A DNA stretch of 64,000 nucleotides. Source: Orbicella franksi. Its lineage: Eukaryota. A program made the position numbers and the translations under genes. The stretch is taken from the NCBI GenBank assembly GCA_964199315.1, contig OZ116704.1:31310001-31374000 (forward strand). Direction: 5' to 3'. How positions within the stretch are numbered: the stretch's first letter is position 1; every line of letters begins with the position of its first letter. Positions 36,409 through 49,700 of this stretch are shown here, one piece after another. The notes beneath the pieces were generated by a model. It made no database searches, was not told where the DNA came from, and saw only the letters and a program-made list of their open reading frames with translations.

Positions 36409-39400
36409 TTTTGAAATCAACATGGCCGCGCTTTCTTTGTTTTGGGACGCCGTGACGTCATGTACACTCAACACTCTACTGCAAAAGTGATGATTTTCAA
36501 TTGATATTGAAAATTCAATTGATGATTTTTAATTCAAACTTGTCGGTTAGGTGTCCTATGCATGAATTCAAGTTAAAATAATTAAAAGTTATTCGACGGA
36601 TAGGAACAAAAAGCTTTAAAAAAGACAGCAGCTTTACAGTTTTTCAAGATGACAATTGAGAAACAAAATCTAATTCAGAAAGTGCATTTTAGGGCACGAG
36701 AAAGGTACGTAAGTTATTGGCAATTCCTTGTCTATTTTTGTCGCTTTTTAATATAAAGTAAGTCAGTTAAAAGTTGTCCCAATATTGCCTGTGAGAGGAC
36801 TAGCTAGACGTGAACTGTATTATTTAAATTAAAAGAGAGACATTGTGGGAGGCTGTTTAAATTTATACCGTTGTCTCTTAAACAGTCATGACATTGTCAC
36901 AAAGCTGTTTGAGGAACAAGTTAAAATATATATTTCCAAAACTGAACCTATGCACTTCATCTAAAGTGAATCTTGATATTTTGTTGTTTCACCGGTTCAA
37001 CTCGTCCTTGTGTTCTTGCACGTTTTTCTTCGGTATTTCCGGAAATCGTGTTTTTATTTTCCCGTGCGCGGAATAATATAAAAGAAAAAAAATTGAAGAT
37101 AAATGCGTAATTGGCGACGCCTGTAATAGAAACATCAACAGATAATTTTTCGGGTTTCTCTGTTTGGTCTCTCTAATGGTAAATATCGCTAGTTTGAACT
37201 TGGATGAAAAGCCAGAAAATATTGTTTGTTCAAAACATTACTTTGTGTTAGCGAAGAATAGCTGTGTGTTTGAAAGATTTTTTGCTGGCGCGAACCGTCT
37301 GTTAATAAAACCAAACTGACATGCACAATAAGGATAAATAAAGATCTATTTGGCGTTATCTCCTCCCTCCATAGTCATCCAGTCTACGGGAGATAAATAC
37401 TTAGTTTTATCAGTACGACAACACCATACAAACAGATAAAGATTTGTGACTCTTTCTATTGACAAGAGTGTTGTGTTTTGTCTCGGTGATAAAAGGCTAT
37501 TTTAGAAATGAAATAACTTCCTTTTCTAATTCGAAACATTACCCAGATGTTGCCACATTTTGCCTTTAATTCACGCAATTAACACTGGCTTCTTGTAGAT
37601 TAGGTTCAAAAATTAATGCAATCTCGCCGTTAAAGCAAATTTGCATTGTATGGCTTTCATTTCTACCCAGATGGCGAACTTCATTACTTGAAGAAATTTA
37701 GAGGACTGTTGCTTGCGAAGCGACGAATGAAACTGTTTTCTTTGTTCCTTACAGGGGCGATAAATGCAGCGCAAGGTTGTTTTATTATAAAGCCAAGTTT
37801 AATTATTTGACAATATGGTGTTTTTTGTTTTGATAAGGAAACAGAATATTTTGCCAGCTCTAATGGCTTTTTAATAAAAACGCTTAAATGGCTAAAACGT
37901 TTGTTCCGTCGAATATTTGTTTCGCGAAACAACCACAGTTTTTTCGACAGTTATAAACATGCTAAAATGCTTTGTGTGGTAGGTAAACCGTCGCTGAAAA
38001 GAAATAATTATATCTTAACACAGAACATGTAGTTTAGAAAGCTTTCAATAGATGGGGCAGTTCTGTTGATATAGTTTACTTTTTTTATTTTGTTTAAAAT
38101 ATTGGCAATATCAGAGGTGAAAGAAACATGGCTTCTTTAATAGGATATTTCTTCAAATGTCTTGTTTAAAAGATTTTTTTATTACTTCTCTTTTGTTTCA
38201 AAACATTCCGTAGTGATATCTACAGATAATACTGTAATTTTGAAACGTTTTTATAATACGGAGATAAGATATTCAATATTCTGTAAAACCATTAATGGCT
38301 TTCTCAGCAGTGTTTACTTACTATGACTTAATTTGTTTAAAATTATCAATCTTATTTCTTGCCTTAGGCAATGTGAAAACAAAGCTATTCATTGCAGAAA
38401 ACGAAAGAAAAAAAACATTTTTGGACAACGTGGTCACAAAATTCGATTTCATTATTTCGGACTTCGACATTTCAATCAAATGTCGGGTTTAAAAGAAGTA
38501 AAACTGCGGCGGAACTAGCCAAGAAGCTTTGGTTTACAAACTCAATTTCTTGGCGTTATATTATTTCCTATTCGAGAAAGACGCGATTTCGAGCAATATG
38601 GCTATCATTTCTGTTCAACTTACACAACAAATGCCCAGCGTGAGATTTTACAAAATGAAAATGTTGAAATTCAAAGCAAGGTTTGTTAAACTTTGCCAAG
38701 TTCAGTGCGTGATAGCTGAAATAATCTCTCTGTAGGGGATAAAAAACTTTGTTAACATTTTTGTATCGATAAAAAGGCTATATTTTTCATTGACAGGGAA
38801 ACGGCTAATTATAAATAAAGTGATAGCTTGTTTAGTTTAGTTTCGTTTGAAAAATCAAATTCTACGTGCGATACTTGGTGTTTTAACCTGTGAAAAACTG
38901 TCCAAACTTAAATAGCTTAATTTTGGTGGGGCATTCGGCAAATTTACTTTGTAAAACATCGATCACAAAAGTTAAAATGCAAATAACCAACGCCTGTTTG
39001 ATGAATGTGTGAAAATTAATTCCGGAGTTTCACGGGCACTTTTGCTCATAGTTCTAAGTTTGTTCATTTTGAAAATTTTGTTCATTTCGCAAAGCCTTTG
39101 AAATAACAAAAACTAAGCGAAACGTCATTAAGCTAACACATTTCTAGCTAATAAACGTTGATTCCGGTTAGCTGCGGAATATTTACTTTGACTGACTCGA
39201 ATATGCCGTGAAAACACTAGCCAGCGGTTCATCTTCCAGCAGTTTTGCTGCCCTGTCAAACTTTCACTTCACCTGAAAAAAAAAAGAAAATAAAAAAGCA
39301 ACAACAAAAAAACTTATACAGAAAATGTTTTTTTTTTAACTCTCGAATAATATTAATCATCTTCATTTTGCAAGATATCCAGGGAATTGCGAGATTCATT

Positions 39401-42400
39401 TTCTCTTGTTTAGCTCGTTTTGTAGCTCACACTTATATGTTACGACGATTCTTATTTCTTTTGACGCCCACGGGGCCCGGGTTGACGAAGGGAGAGGGGG
39501 GGGGGGTATTTTTGTTTTCTATCTTTTGCCCTTGAAAGATTTTAGAGAAAAGATATCATCCAAATGCAAGCGACCTGCCTTTCCGAGAAAAAAAACATCC
39601 CCAGATTACCTCAGGCCAACAAACCTTCTGGCCCACGCAACGGATTCTTCTTTAGAGAAATGTCATTTTCGAAACACGGGAAGTAACTGCCTTTTGTTTT
39701 CGAAAAAAAAACCGGTTGTTTTGATTCGGAACTGATAAAGAAGGTCGTTGAAACTGGGGTAAGAAGCTTGCTGTATTGGGATTAAAGCTGTTCAGTTTCG
39801 GCGGCCATTTGCAAGCAAAGTTCTGCGCTTGCGTGGGAGTGGCTCCGCTAACAGTGGAAAAGCTCAATGGTCGAGCGCGCGGGCCTCAAACGATAATAAA
39901 CTGATGGAAAAAAAAACAAAACAAAACAATAGAAAAACAAGTTTAAAAAATGATGTATATCTTACATGCAAACCCAGAAAAAAGGTAAATAATTTTTTAT
40001 TATATCAACTCCAGAGAGTGACAAGCGGACTGTACTCGAAAGAATATGGCCTGTAAAATAACCAATCACAGCACGCATTCTGTCCGAGATATAATACAAC
40101 ATAATAATAACAAGCTATTAAACATACACATTTTAGAGACGGATTCCATAATAGAAGTGCTTTACTGAGGGCTAAAAAAAAATAGCGAAAAATTCACTCT
40201 ACGTGTGTGCGATTATGTGCTGATCTCAGGAAAGGTCAGCGAATTAAATTTGCTGCCTTTCAAAACATTCCAAAGAGATAAGATGAATCGGCTTTTAAGA
40301 TCGATTACCTTTCATGTCACATTCCATTCCAGCGACTCATTAATTCAAACAAGGTCACAGTATTTAATTGCTTTTCTGTTCCAAAAACCCTTGAGCTTTT
40401 CGTTGTTTTTTAGGCCAGGGTCAAAGCAATCATTATATTGAAGGAAGCGCATTTTAATTAGCATATAATTTCACGCCTGCATACCAAATTACTGAGTGGA
40501 CCGAAGTTGGGAAAACACGGTGCAAGACAGCTATAAAGTACACAATTTTTATTGATGTGACAAAATATAACTACGATATTTTGTGCATGAAACGCGCGAT
40601 GCGAAAACGAAATATGTATCAGAAAACATAACAAGATAGTCGAAAATACGATCACGCATGACAACAAACAATTCCTAGTTTATGAGGCAGTTTTGACCGC
40701 TCAGTTTTTCCAACGGTGTAAGTTATTAAAAACACACTTTGTTATAACCTTAGGCAAGCGGCCACGCTTGAAGTGGAATTAGTCGGATAAAAGATTTTCA
40801 ATTGAAACAATTAATTTGTCGCACTTTAGACAGACTAATTAGTGCCAACAGTAATTAGTCCATGAAATAATAAGTGTCCACTTCAAACGCACAGAAGTCA
40901 GCGAGTTTAACTTCGGAAATACCTCAAGATATCGTCGGCAAATAATCTCGAGTTTGTTTGCTTCATGAGGCTGGGTCGCGCGCTACTCAAATTCCAAGCG
41001 AATCTTGCGGTGTTGTTGCCTCGAATTTTTTTGTTTGTTTATAATTTCCTGCGATTGCTCAAACGAACATCTTATTAACGCGAGCGGCTTCTCGCCTCTT
41101 CTAATCATTTCTAATTAGGAGATGATATTAATTAAGAGGTTAATTACATATCAATAGATTTTGACAGGTCGGTGAAGAACTCGACAACACACTCTAAACC
41201 TTTGCGAAGTTGCCGGCGTAATAACCCTTACAAAGCCGTCGCAAAACACGCAAATACTTCACTTGAAGACTCAACTCTCCTGTTTCGAAGATTCCACTTC
41301 AACGCCCGCCAGAACCATTCAATTTGAGGCTATTAATCCCAAACGAATTTCCGTTGATGCATGTTCCTTTAATTTCCTGAAAACTGACAGTTTTTTCGCG
41401 AGCTAACGAAGTCGGCCCGACGAGCGAGATAAACAGCATTAATTGTATTAATCTATGTTAAGCTACCCTGGTTTAATTTCCTTTTTTTGCAAAGGCAAGT
41501 GCTTAAGAGTAGTATCTTCGTTAAAAGTTTCATTTCTTCGACTTTAAGTAAATGAATATTTCACTTTCGCCTCTGATGCCATTCTCTGGGACGGTAATGA
41601 AATAATCGAGGCGAATTTTTCAACATCCGCAGTGCTGGGAAAACTAAAAAGTGATATTTGATTGTTTCCAATTAAATCTTGCAAATTGAAATAGCATGAT
41701 CGCTTAATTTGTGCACGGGTCGAAAATATTTGCCACGAAAACTTAGCAAAAATATTCGCGGTTTTTAATTGATTCTCTTGCGGTCCGATACCAGAAAACT
41801 TCGATTTCTACTGGTCCTGGGACGCTCGGAGCCCGTTCTCGTGTTTCGGAAGTTTCCGTCGTTTTGAAACATTTTCAAGTGTTCATATGAATGGTGTAAA
41901 CTTTGTGATGCCGTGTGTTGATAAGGCAGCGCAATTTGCGGTAATACGCTTAAATCTCAAATGATAACTCGACCAGTTATTTACATGTACTCTAAAAGCT
42001 TGATAACTTCGAAAATATTTGTTGATGTGGCTGACAGGCGAAGAAAGGCAGTGTTAATTAAAATGATTTTTTCGCCCGACACTCGCAAGATGGCGGCAAT
42101 TACGACCAATTACTTCTCATCAAAAATGTGTAAATTTCATTATTTCGAATTCTCCCTTTCCCCAAATTGTTTGCTTAGTAAACCGGCGTATGGCCGCGAA
42201 ACGCAGCTGAAAGTTTCTTTTTGGAAATAAAGCGGCCGTTTCGAAGAAGTTTTTCAATTGCTAAACGATGGCCAAGTTACGAAAGAAAGGCAAAACAGAA
42301 TATTCCGCCTGGAGCAGTGTTTGTCACATATTGCGCTTCTCGTATCTCATAAAGGGAGTTTAATGTTGATATAATTAGGTCTTTATTGGAGTTCTATAGG

Positions 42401-42749
42401 ATTGTTATGTTAATCTAGATAGGGATTAATGTTAATAAATTCTAATTGTATTTTACTTGAATGAATGTTTTGCCAATAACCGTGTTCGTGGATAAATGCG
42501 TTGATTGGTTGTGAAAAGGGAAATTTCACCCAAAAGAGAACCGCCGAGCAAGAATCCCTTTGCTAATAATAGCAATTTAATTTAGCCAGTCGGTCACCGT
42601 GTGAGGGTTATAATTCCCCCTGCGGGCCTACCATTCATGCACGACTAACTGAACTCCCGGCATCATTATGAACGAAAAAGCGAAGCGCTTTCTGTGATGC
42701 GAAGTATTCGTTGGACAAGCTGCTGACATAATACTTGACGCCAAGCGAA

Positions 42750-45700
42750 ATGGAAATCCCAAACACCGACAGCTTCCCCTCCAAAGAAAGGCATGGTGTT
42801 GTCTCCTATAGCATAAACGGAATCTTAGGCCTTACTAGCGAGCCTGTTTCGGTCAAGGATCTCAGCAGTAAAAATGCAAAGGAAGCAGAAGCAGCCGAAG
42901 GTAATTACAAACGTTTTAGTGGTGACTGCCAACCTGTTAGAGCAACTGCATACATATATTGCCGATGGCAAGACAGGTTGCTCTTTTTTGTTCAAGAAAA
43001 TTGCAGAATTGAATCAACGCTTACGCTAGAATGATAATTTCAACTGCAAACTTAACTCATCGATGTCATTGATTCGTAGCAAAAATCGCAACTATTTTAA
43101 TTTTATTCGCCTTCCGTACTTCTTCTCTGCTCTTAATTATGTACAACTGAGCGTGAATTATACTAAACTGGTGTTCGCGTTTTCTCGTGTTGAGAGCTGC
43201 ACTTTCTCTCTACACAAGAAGCACTCAGAGATCAGGAGATAATCTCCTCGACTCGGCAAATTTAGAGCGAACGTGTCATTGTTAATTCTTTATATTTGGC
43301 CTCGATGACAGAACAAATTTAGCGGGAAAATTCACGGCAGAGTTACCAACACAAACAGGAAGAAAACTATAGTCATTGGTTGAAATTCATGCGCATTTTT
43401 AAAAAACCATCCTGCTCAAATTTGCCAAGCGGCTTGTTATTTTATAGACTGTCACAATTTTATTATTGCTTCGTCGAGTTTTTGACACGAAATATAGTCA
43501 GGTTTTGGCACATGTAGATCAGTTTTGTCTAAAAGCATTAATGATAGTAGTTTACGGATAGAGAACAAATTTGGCCATCGGTTGAATTTGAGTGGCTCGC
43601 TTGGCGAACCGTTTTTAATCGAGTTTGTAGTTATTTTATTTTCTAGAGATGCGGTTTTATTGAAAGTTTTCTGCATTTGTGGTGGACACAAAAACACAAG
43701 TTTGATTTTAGTTTGTTCACGGTCGATTCTTTCTTTCGTAAAATTGAAATGAGGCGATGCGAGAAATCGTATATTAACATTTTGGTAATTTATTCTTTTC
43801 CATCGACTTAAGACAATTTTTTCTTGGCTGAGCGGGGACCAAAATGTAAAGAGTTAAAAAGTTAGGTCGGAATTTACACGATATGGGATCCCTGCGAAAA
43901 AAGAGATATGGGATAAAAAAGGTGGCGAAACTAGAACATGACGCAAGCAAACTTAGCGTGGTATTTCGCAAACTGAGTTTACTTCTGGCTCCAAACTTTA
44001 TCACTCACTTCCAGTTTTTTACACCAGCTGTCTCCATCTTGACCCTAATAACTGCTGATATTCAATTCAATTTACATCAATTTGTATGAAAGAATACTTA
44101 TTACTTTCTGTTGCTATACAAAAGTCGAGCTATTTGAATAAGATCTCAATGGGACTATTTTCGAGCGCGCCGCTTCGCAATTCGCGTGAACCTTAACGAA
44201 CTGAAATAAAATGACTTTGGGGCCTGCCCACTGCGTATTGGCGTTCCGAGCAAACAAAACAAATGTTTAATAAATTGCACCTTTTTGCAGTTGTTTTCTT
44301 CAGTCTGAAACAAAAGCGCGACACAAACGCAATCGCGTCGACAATATGGCAAAGAAAGAACCAGGAGTATGCAAAATTAAAGTATATTTCTATTGAGCCG
44401 AAACAAGCAGTTTCATTGGGCAACACGCTAATATTGAAATAAAGCCCTTGAAACTTTATAAGTTTTGTCCATCACGCCAACAGACAGCCTGCCTGCTAAA
44501 CCTATAAGAACTATTTTCTCCATCTGTTTGAGGCAGTTAATCGGCTCCGATCGAGAAAAGTGGTTTGGAACTGTGCAGAATTCACGGTGGCCGAGGATGA
44601 ATTTAAATTCCGGTTAGTTTTTTACTCGCGTGTTTATTAAGCTCGTTAACTAGGGGCTTGTTATAATAGTAGTTTAACTTTACTCTACAGAGGCAGTTGA
44701 ACTTCACTGCTATGCTTTTCAAGTTGTTATCTCGCAAATAGTTTGGATTTAGGAAGGTGTAAAGTTGTTCTAACGTGAGGTCAGCTTAACAGATTTAGTA
44801 AAAGCACGGATATATTTTCCTTGCTACAGCACTTAGAAATTTCTCTGCGAGATACAAACGAGATTGAGTCATAATATTAGGACAATAGGTAAGTAACGAA
44901 AACGTTAAAGAATGATTTAGCTGCTTTGAGGTAATTCCGAAATTTCCATTAGAAGAACAAAAACTGCTCTCTTTACAGTAGTTTTAATTTTTGTTCCGTC
45001 TGATGATATTTTTGTTGTTCTTTACAAGTAACAGCAGAGAGTAACGTTCAAGACGAGGCAAGTGAACAGATCACCGGAGATGGAGACGAACAAGTCAACT
45101 CTCCTACTGAAGATGCTTCAGCCGCGGCGAAAAAGAAAAAGACTCGCTATCGAACAACGTTCAGCCAATATCAACTTGAAGAACTCGAAAGAGCGTTCGA
45201 TAAGGCGCCATATCCTGACGTATTCGCACGGGAAGAATTGGCTTCAAAACTTGGCTTAACAGAAGCAAGAATTCAGGTAAACACAAATGTGCAACACAGC
45301 ACATGGCACTTTTTGCCCATTGGCTTAAAGCGCAAGTTTAAAATCGCAATTTGAAAGCAATAAATGTGGCTAAATGAGTTTTTCTCAATTTTAGGCTCGC
45401 TCAGTTAAGCTTAACTGTTGGGTTTAAGAGTTGAAAGTTACAAAGCCTTTCTTCAGAAAAAAATAGTACAGGTTCACAACTTTGTCACATTTTATTGGTT
45501 TTCTTTATTTGTAACTGGCGATATTTATCAGCTTTTTAATGCCATCTTTGTGTGAATTCAGTCGTGTTAATAAGCTTTGTAAGTTTAAGCTAAATTGCCC
45601 AATTGTCAGACTAAGTCATGCTTATTGCCTCCCTTGATTATGTTTGGTAGGTTTTAAACAGTTTCGCAGCTTTATCATTATTGCCCTTTTTTCTGGAGTA

Positions 45701-46716
45701 AGAACATTGCATGAACAAAGCGCTCCCTACCTGTCGAAAGTGTTTTCATCGTTTTCCATTTAGAAGTGCTTTTTTATTATTTTAAATTTGCTTTTATGAA
45801 ATAACCACAACTGATAATTCCAAGAGCTCAAGCCGTTAAAATAAACGGATTGTCGTTGCTGGGACATCAAGACATGCAAAGACAGTTTGCGCGGCTTTAA
45901 CTAGTTTATTTAACACGTATGTTTTCCATTGGGATAATTAAGTTTATATTGATTTTGGTGTCGGTAGATTTTAAAGAAATGTCGGAAATACGAAACTGAG
46001 CTGAGTCGTGAAGTCTGGCTGTAAAGTATATTCAATTCAAAATGCATGTTATTTTCATGATTAGGAATGCATTATTTCGATATTTAACATCTTGAACGTT
46101 TATTTGTCAAAAGGAAATGTGATGAATGAAATGAGGTGTTGTTAAAATGTATGTTCAAGCAAGAATGGAAAAAAGGAGAGAGAGTTTAAACGCTTTTTAA
46201 AATCCATTTCCTCCCTTTTACCAGGTCTGGTTTCAGAACAGACGAGCGAAATGGCGGAAGCGTGAAAAGCTGTGTGCATTTGGAGCCGTTCCCCCCGGGC
46301 ATGGCATGGTCTACCCGTGGTTGCACCAGGAGCCGTTTTCCCCAAGCAGTCCGTATCCGGTAACATTTCCCTCGGGTCTAGGACATGGAAGTACCAGGGA
46401 CATTTGCTCTTCATTTTATCAGGCGTCTCCACACCCCTTACAGTGCTATCGCCCTGCAGTTCCGGGTGTAATACGCCCCCCATGTCCCGACCCCCGAGAA
46501 TGTCCTTGTTCCTGTAGCATGTTACCTCCGACAGGGGGCACGTGCTTTATAGCGCCTCCTTTCCGACTTGAAGAAGGGGGCCGGGGATTGGATGTCCTAC
46601 CGGAACATTCGGGTGGAATAGCAAGGGAGACAACTCGGGTGTCTAGCATTGCTTCGCTTCGTCTTCGTGCAAAAGAACATCAGATGAACATTGTGCAGAT
46701 TCTTAGCAGGAAATGA
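42750..46716 (+). CDS. repo: Repo-like paired-class (Q50) homeobox transcription factor with octapeptide and OAR motif (~294 aa)
   Basis: Exons 42750-42900, ~45035-45276 and 46225-46716. Homeodomain [48 protein letters not shown]|[15 protein letters not shown], with the typical PRD-class intron between Q46 and V47. [13 protein letters not shown] resembles recalled Repo. Octapeptide YSINGILG (42807-30); [16 protein letters not shown] (46642-80). The PRD-class call is near certain; the Repo subfamily call is less so. Confidence 0.85.
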
Positions 46717-49700
46717 AAGGCTTGCTGCAATTGTTGGGAAATTCTTGTTTAGATAGTCGAGATAGAAAAACGAGGTTAAAAATCAGACATCACAATTTGA
46801 GTAACATTCTGCCTTGTAGTTTATTGGCAATCATAAATTAAGTGTGGCACCGAAATCTGGGCGTTGAACAAGTCGAAGTTAGTAATGAACAATATTTCAT
46901 CCGCGTATCGGAAAATGTTAATAAAATTTAGTATTTTCTGTATTTGTAATTCAACGAATAGTGCTTACATATCGGAGGTTGTATAGACCTGTATCAGGTT
47001 TTTAGGACAAAATAAAATAAATACAGCTCATAAATGTAAATAAATTTATATTGATCTTAATTTTAGTTTGCCTCATTTTTTGAAAGAACAGAATATTTAG
47101 TCGGTTGAAATTGAATTTATGCAAACAAAATTTCCAGTTTATACTTGTTGATACGTGCCATAATACTGGTATATACTTGATGGTAGTATTACAATACTGG
47201 TATATACTTGATGGTAGGGTTTTAAAGTTACGGGATAACTGTCTGAAAAATTACTTATCTTGACATGACTCGCAATTTAATCATTGCTGATTTTATTGGT
47301 GAAACTTGTTTCTTATTTTAAACAAAGACGAGAACGATACTGATAAGAGGTTGTACATTTATTTACAACATGGATGTGACAGAAAAACTACAGGAAGCTA
47401 CCTTGGATGAGAAGACATTTGATAACTAAATAAATTAAAACAACTCGAGGATAGTTTTAATAGAGTAACTGCAACCTATATGAAAGACACTCCCATCATC
47501 TCTTCCTTCTTCCCTGTTTAAAACGTCCCTAGGAAACGGATCAGTTGCCTATCTCCCCCCGGTATAAGCCATAATAACCCACCTTTTCTAATCAACTGAC
47601 CACTGACTGAGATGAAAATATTACATACCAAACTATGACCAGTGAATAATTGTTATATATAGGGAGGTTGCAAAAGAAGAAGTTTAGTCATAAACCTTTC
47701 TTACGTACAGTACATTCCCATCTGATCTTAAAATAAGATCTAGAAAAAGGCCAATGTTTCTCAGTGTAATTACCTTCCAACTTTGTGTGAATTCACTTCT
47801 TTCTGCTTATTTCCAAACGGCTTTCACTCCGCTTGTCAGAGCTTGCCGTGTATCAACTCCCCCAGGGGTAAACCAACCCAAAGCCCCTTCGGAAGTTGTC
47901 TAAGCGTTTATGACCAGTGTCTAAGGTACACGTTGAACTTACAAATAAAAAATTGACTGTGTTGCATTTTGTTTTTTCTGCGGTTTAACACGAAAAGAAG
48001 CTTAAAGACATTGCTGCTGTCAGTTGTGATCCAAGGACGGCTTCGCCGCACACGAGAGAAAATTTTCAGTGTCAAATAGTCGCGATGAATTGGACCGTAT
48101 GAGTGTGTCTCCCATTTTTCAAGATATTTTGCCTGTAGTAAACGAAAGTCCATTAAAAAGTGCAAACAAAAGAAGACGAAATAAAATAAGACGATAACAG
48201 AAATCGGAAGACAGCCCATTCTGAAGAGTATCTTAGGAAGTTTTTAAAATAATATTATTGGCATTTATTTTGCCTGGATTTTTGAGGGGTGTTGGTGACG
48301 AATAAAGCACGATTTTAAGATGGATTAAACTAAAATTTAATCCAGTATTAGTTTATGCTTAGTTAACAAGGAAAGCAAATTTTACACACATCACTAGCTG
48401 GTGCATCAATTTGTCATTAACTGGTAAACGTGACCTGACATTAATTTCCTTGCTGTTAATCTTCAGTTTGTATTGATTGTATTCAGTAGTTTTGTACAAA
48501 AGGGTTTAGATACTTCGCTGGAGATAACATCAAAGGAAAAAGACATATCAAAATAGTAAAACACTGTTTTTAAGATAAAAAAAAACAACCACAAATGTGT
48601 TGCCAATCTGTTTCGAATTTCGTAGCTGGTAATCAAAAGATGTTGAAGTGAATTCTCATAACTGTTATTAAGTCAGCATATGAGAATTTGTAAGGAGAAC
48701 TAATATTTCTATATCAGGGGTTTAACGGCGTGAAAGTTCATCTCGCAAATGAAGCAGCCCACCGAATCGCATCCTACGGTTCATTTTGAAACTTGCTTTT
48801 GTCCTTGTTATCAGTTTTTTTTAAAAACCAATTTTTGATATGGCCCTTAAAGGCACGATTAAGAGGAATAATTGCTTATCTTTTTTTCTCTAGTCATGGA
48901 GTCTGCAAGCGATAATGGCGCACGTCGCTATGGGTAATACTACACCAAATCGATCTAAATTATATTTGGTGTCTCGAAAGTAGATAAGTATGTTATTGCA
49001 TGTAGATTAATCCTCTCGTCTCATACGGGAATGTCAATAATAGACAACTTCCGTTGTCAAATCTTTGAAGCTCCACAAACAAGCTGTAAGCATATTTTAC
49101 TTTGAAGTCACTTAATTAAACCCGACTCCTTTCATTTCAAATCAACTTCTTGAAAATTATTTTCGCCAAAACCTCGAGGCGTGTAATTTGTTGTAGTTCT
49201 TTCAACAAGTAAAAAAAAACAAAACACTATTTTAATGGAACGGAAACGTGAATGACACAGTCACACTAAAACAAATTAAAACAACTGTATTCTTCCTTTG
49301 ATCTGAACAGCGATCGTTTTCCAACTGAGCGACAGAAAACAATAACTTAACTGAGCGAGCAACCCACTTCTGTCATTCAAAATATTCCTCCGCTGATTCT
49401 TACAATTTATGAAATTTCCCCCTCCCATTACGATTTCCGGTTATTGAAGGAGGTTAAAGATGTTTTGAGAGTCCTAGTTTTGTTAAGTTAAACAAGCTTT
49501 GTTTGAATTCATTGTTTCAATGGCTTTACGAGTGTGCTTGATCGTCTCGCGTGATAAATGAGAATGCTTTTAAATCAGCATGGGCTAAAACCCGAAAGAA
49601 ATATGGTAGAAAACCAGTTGCGATTGCTAGTTTCGTAGAATCTGCCTTGGCTTCACTTTTGTTAACGGCCATATGTTTCCGTGATATCTTATCAATCAAT

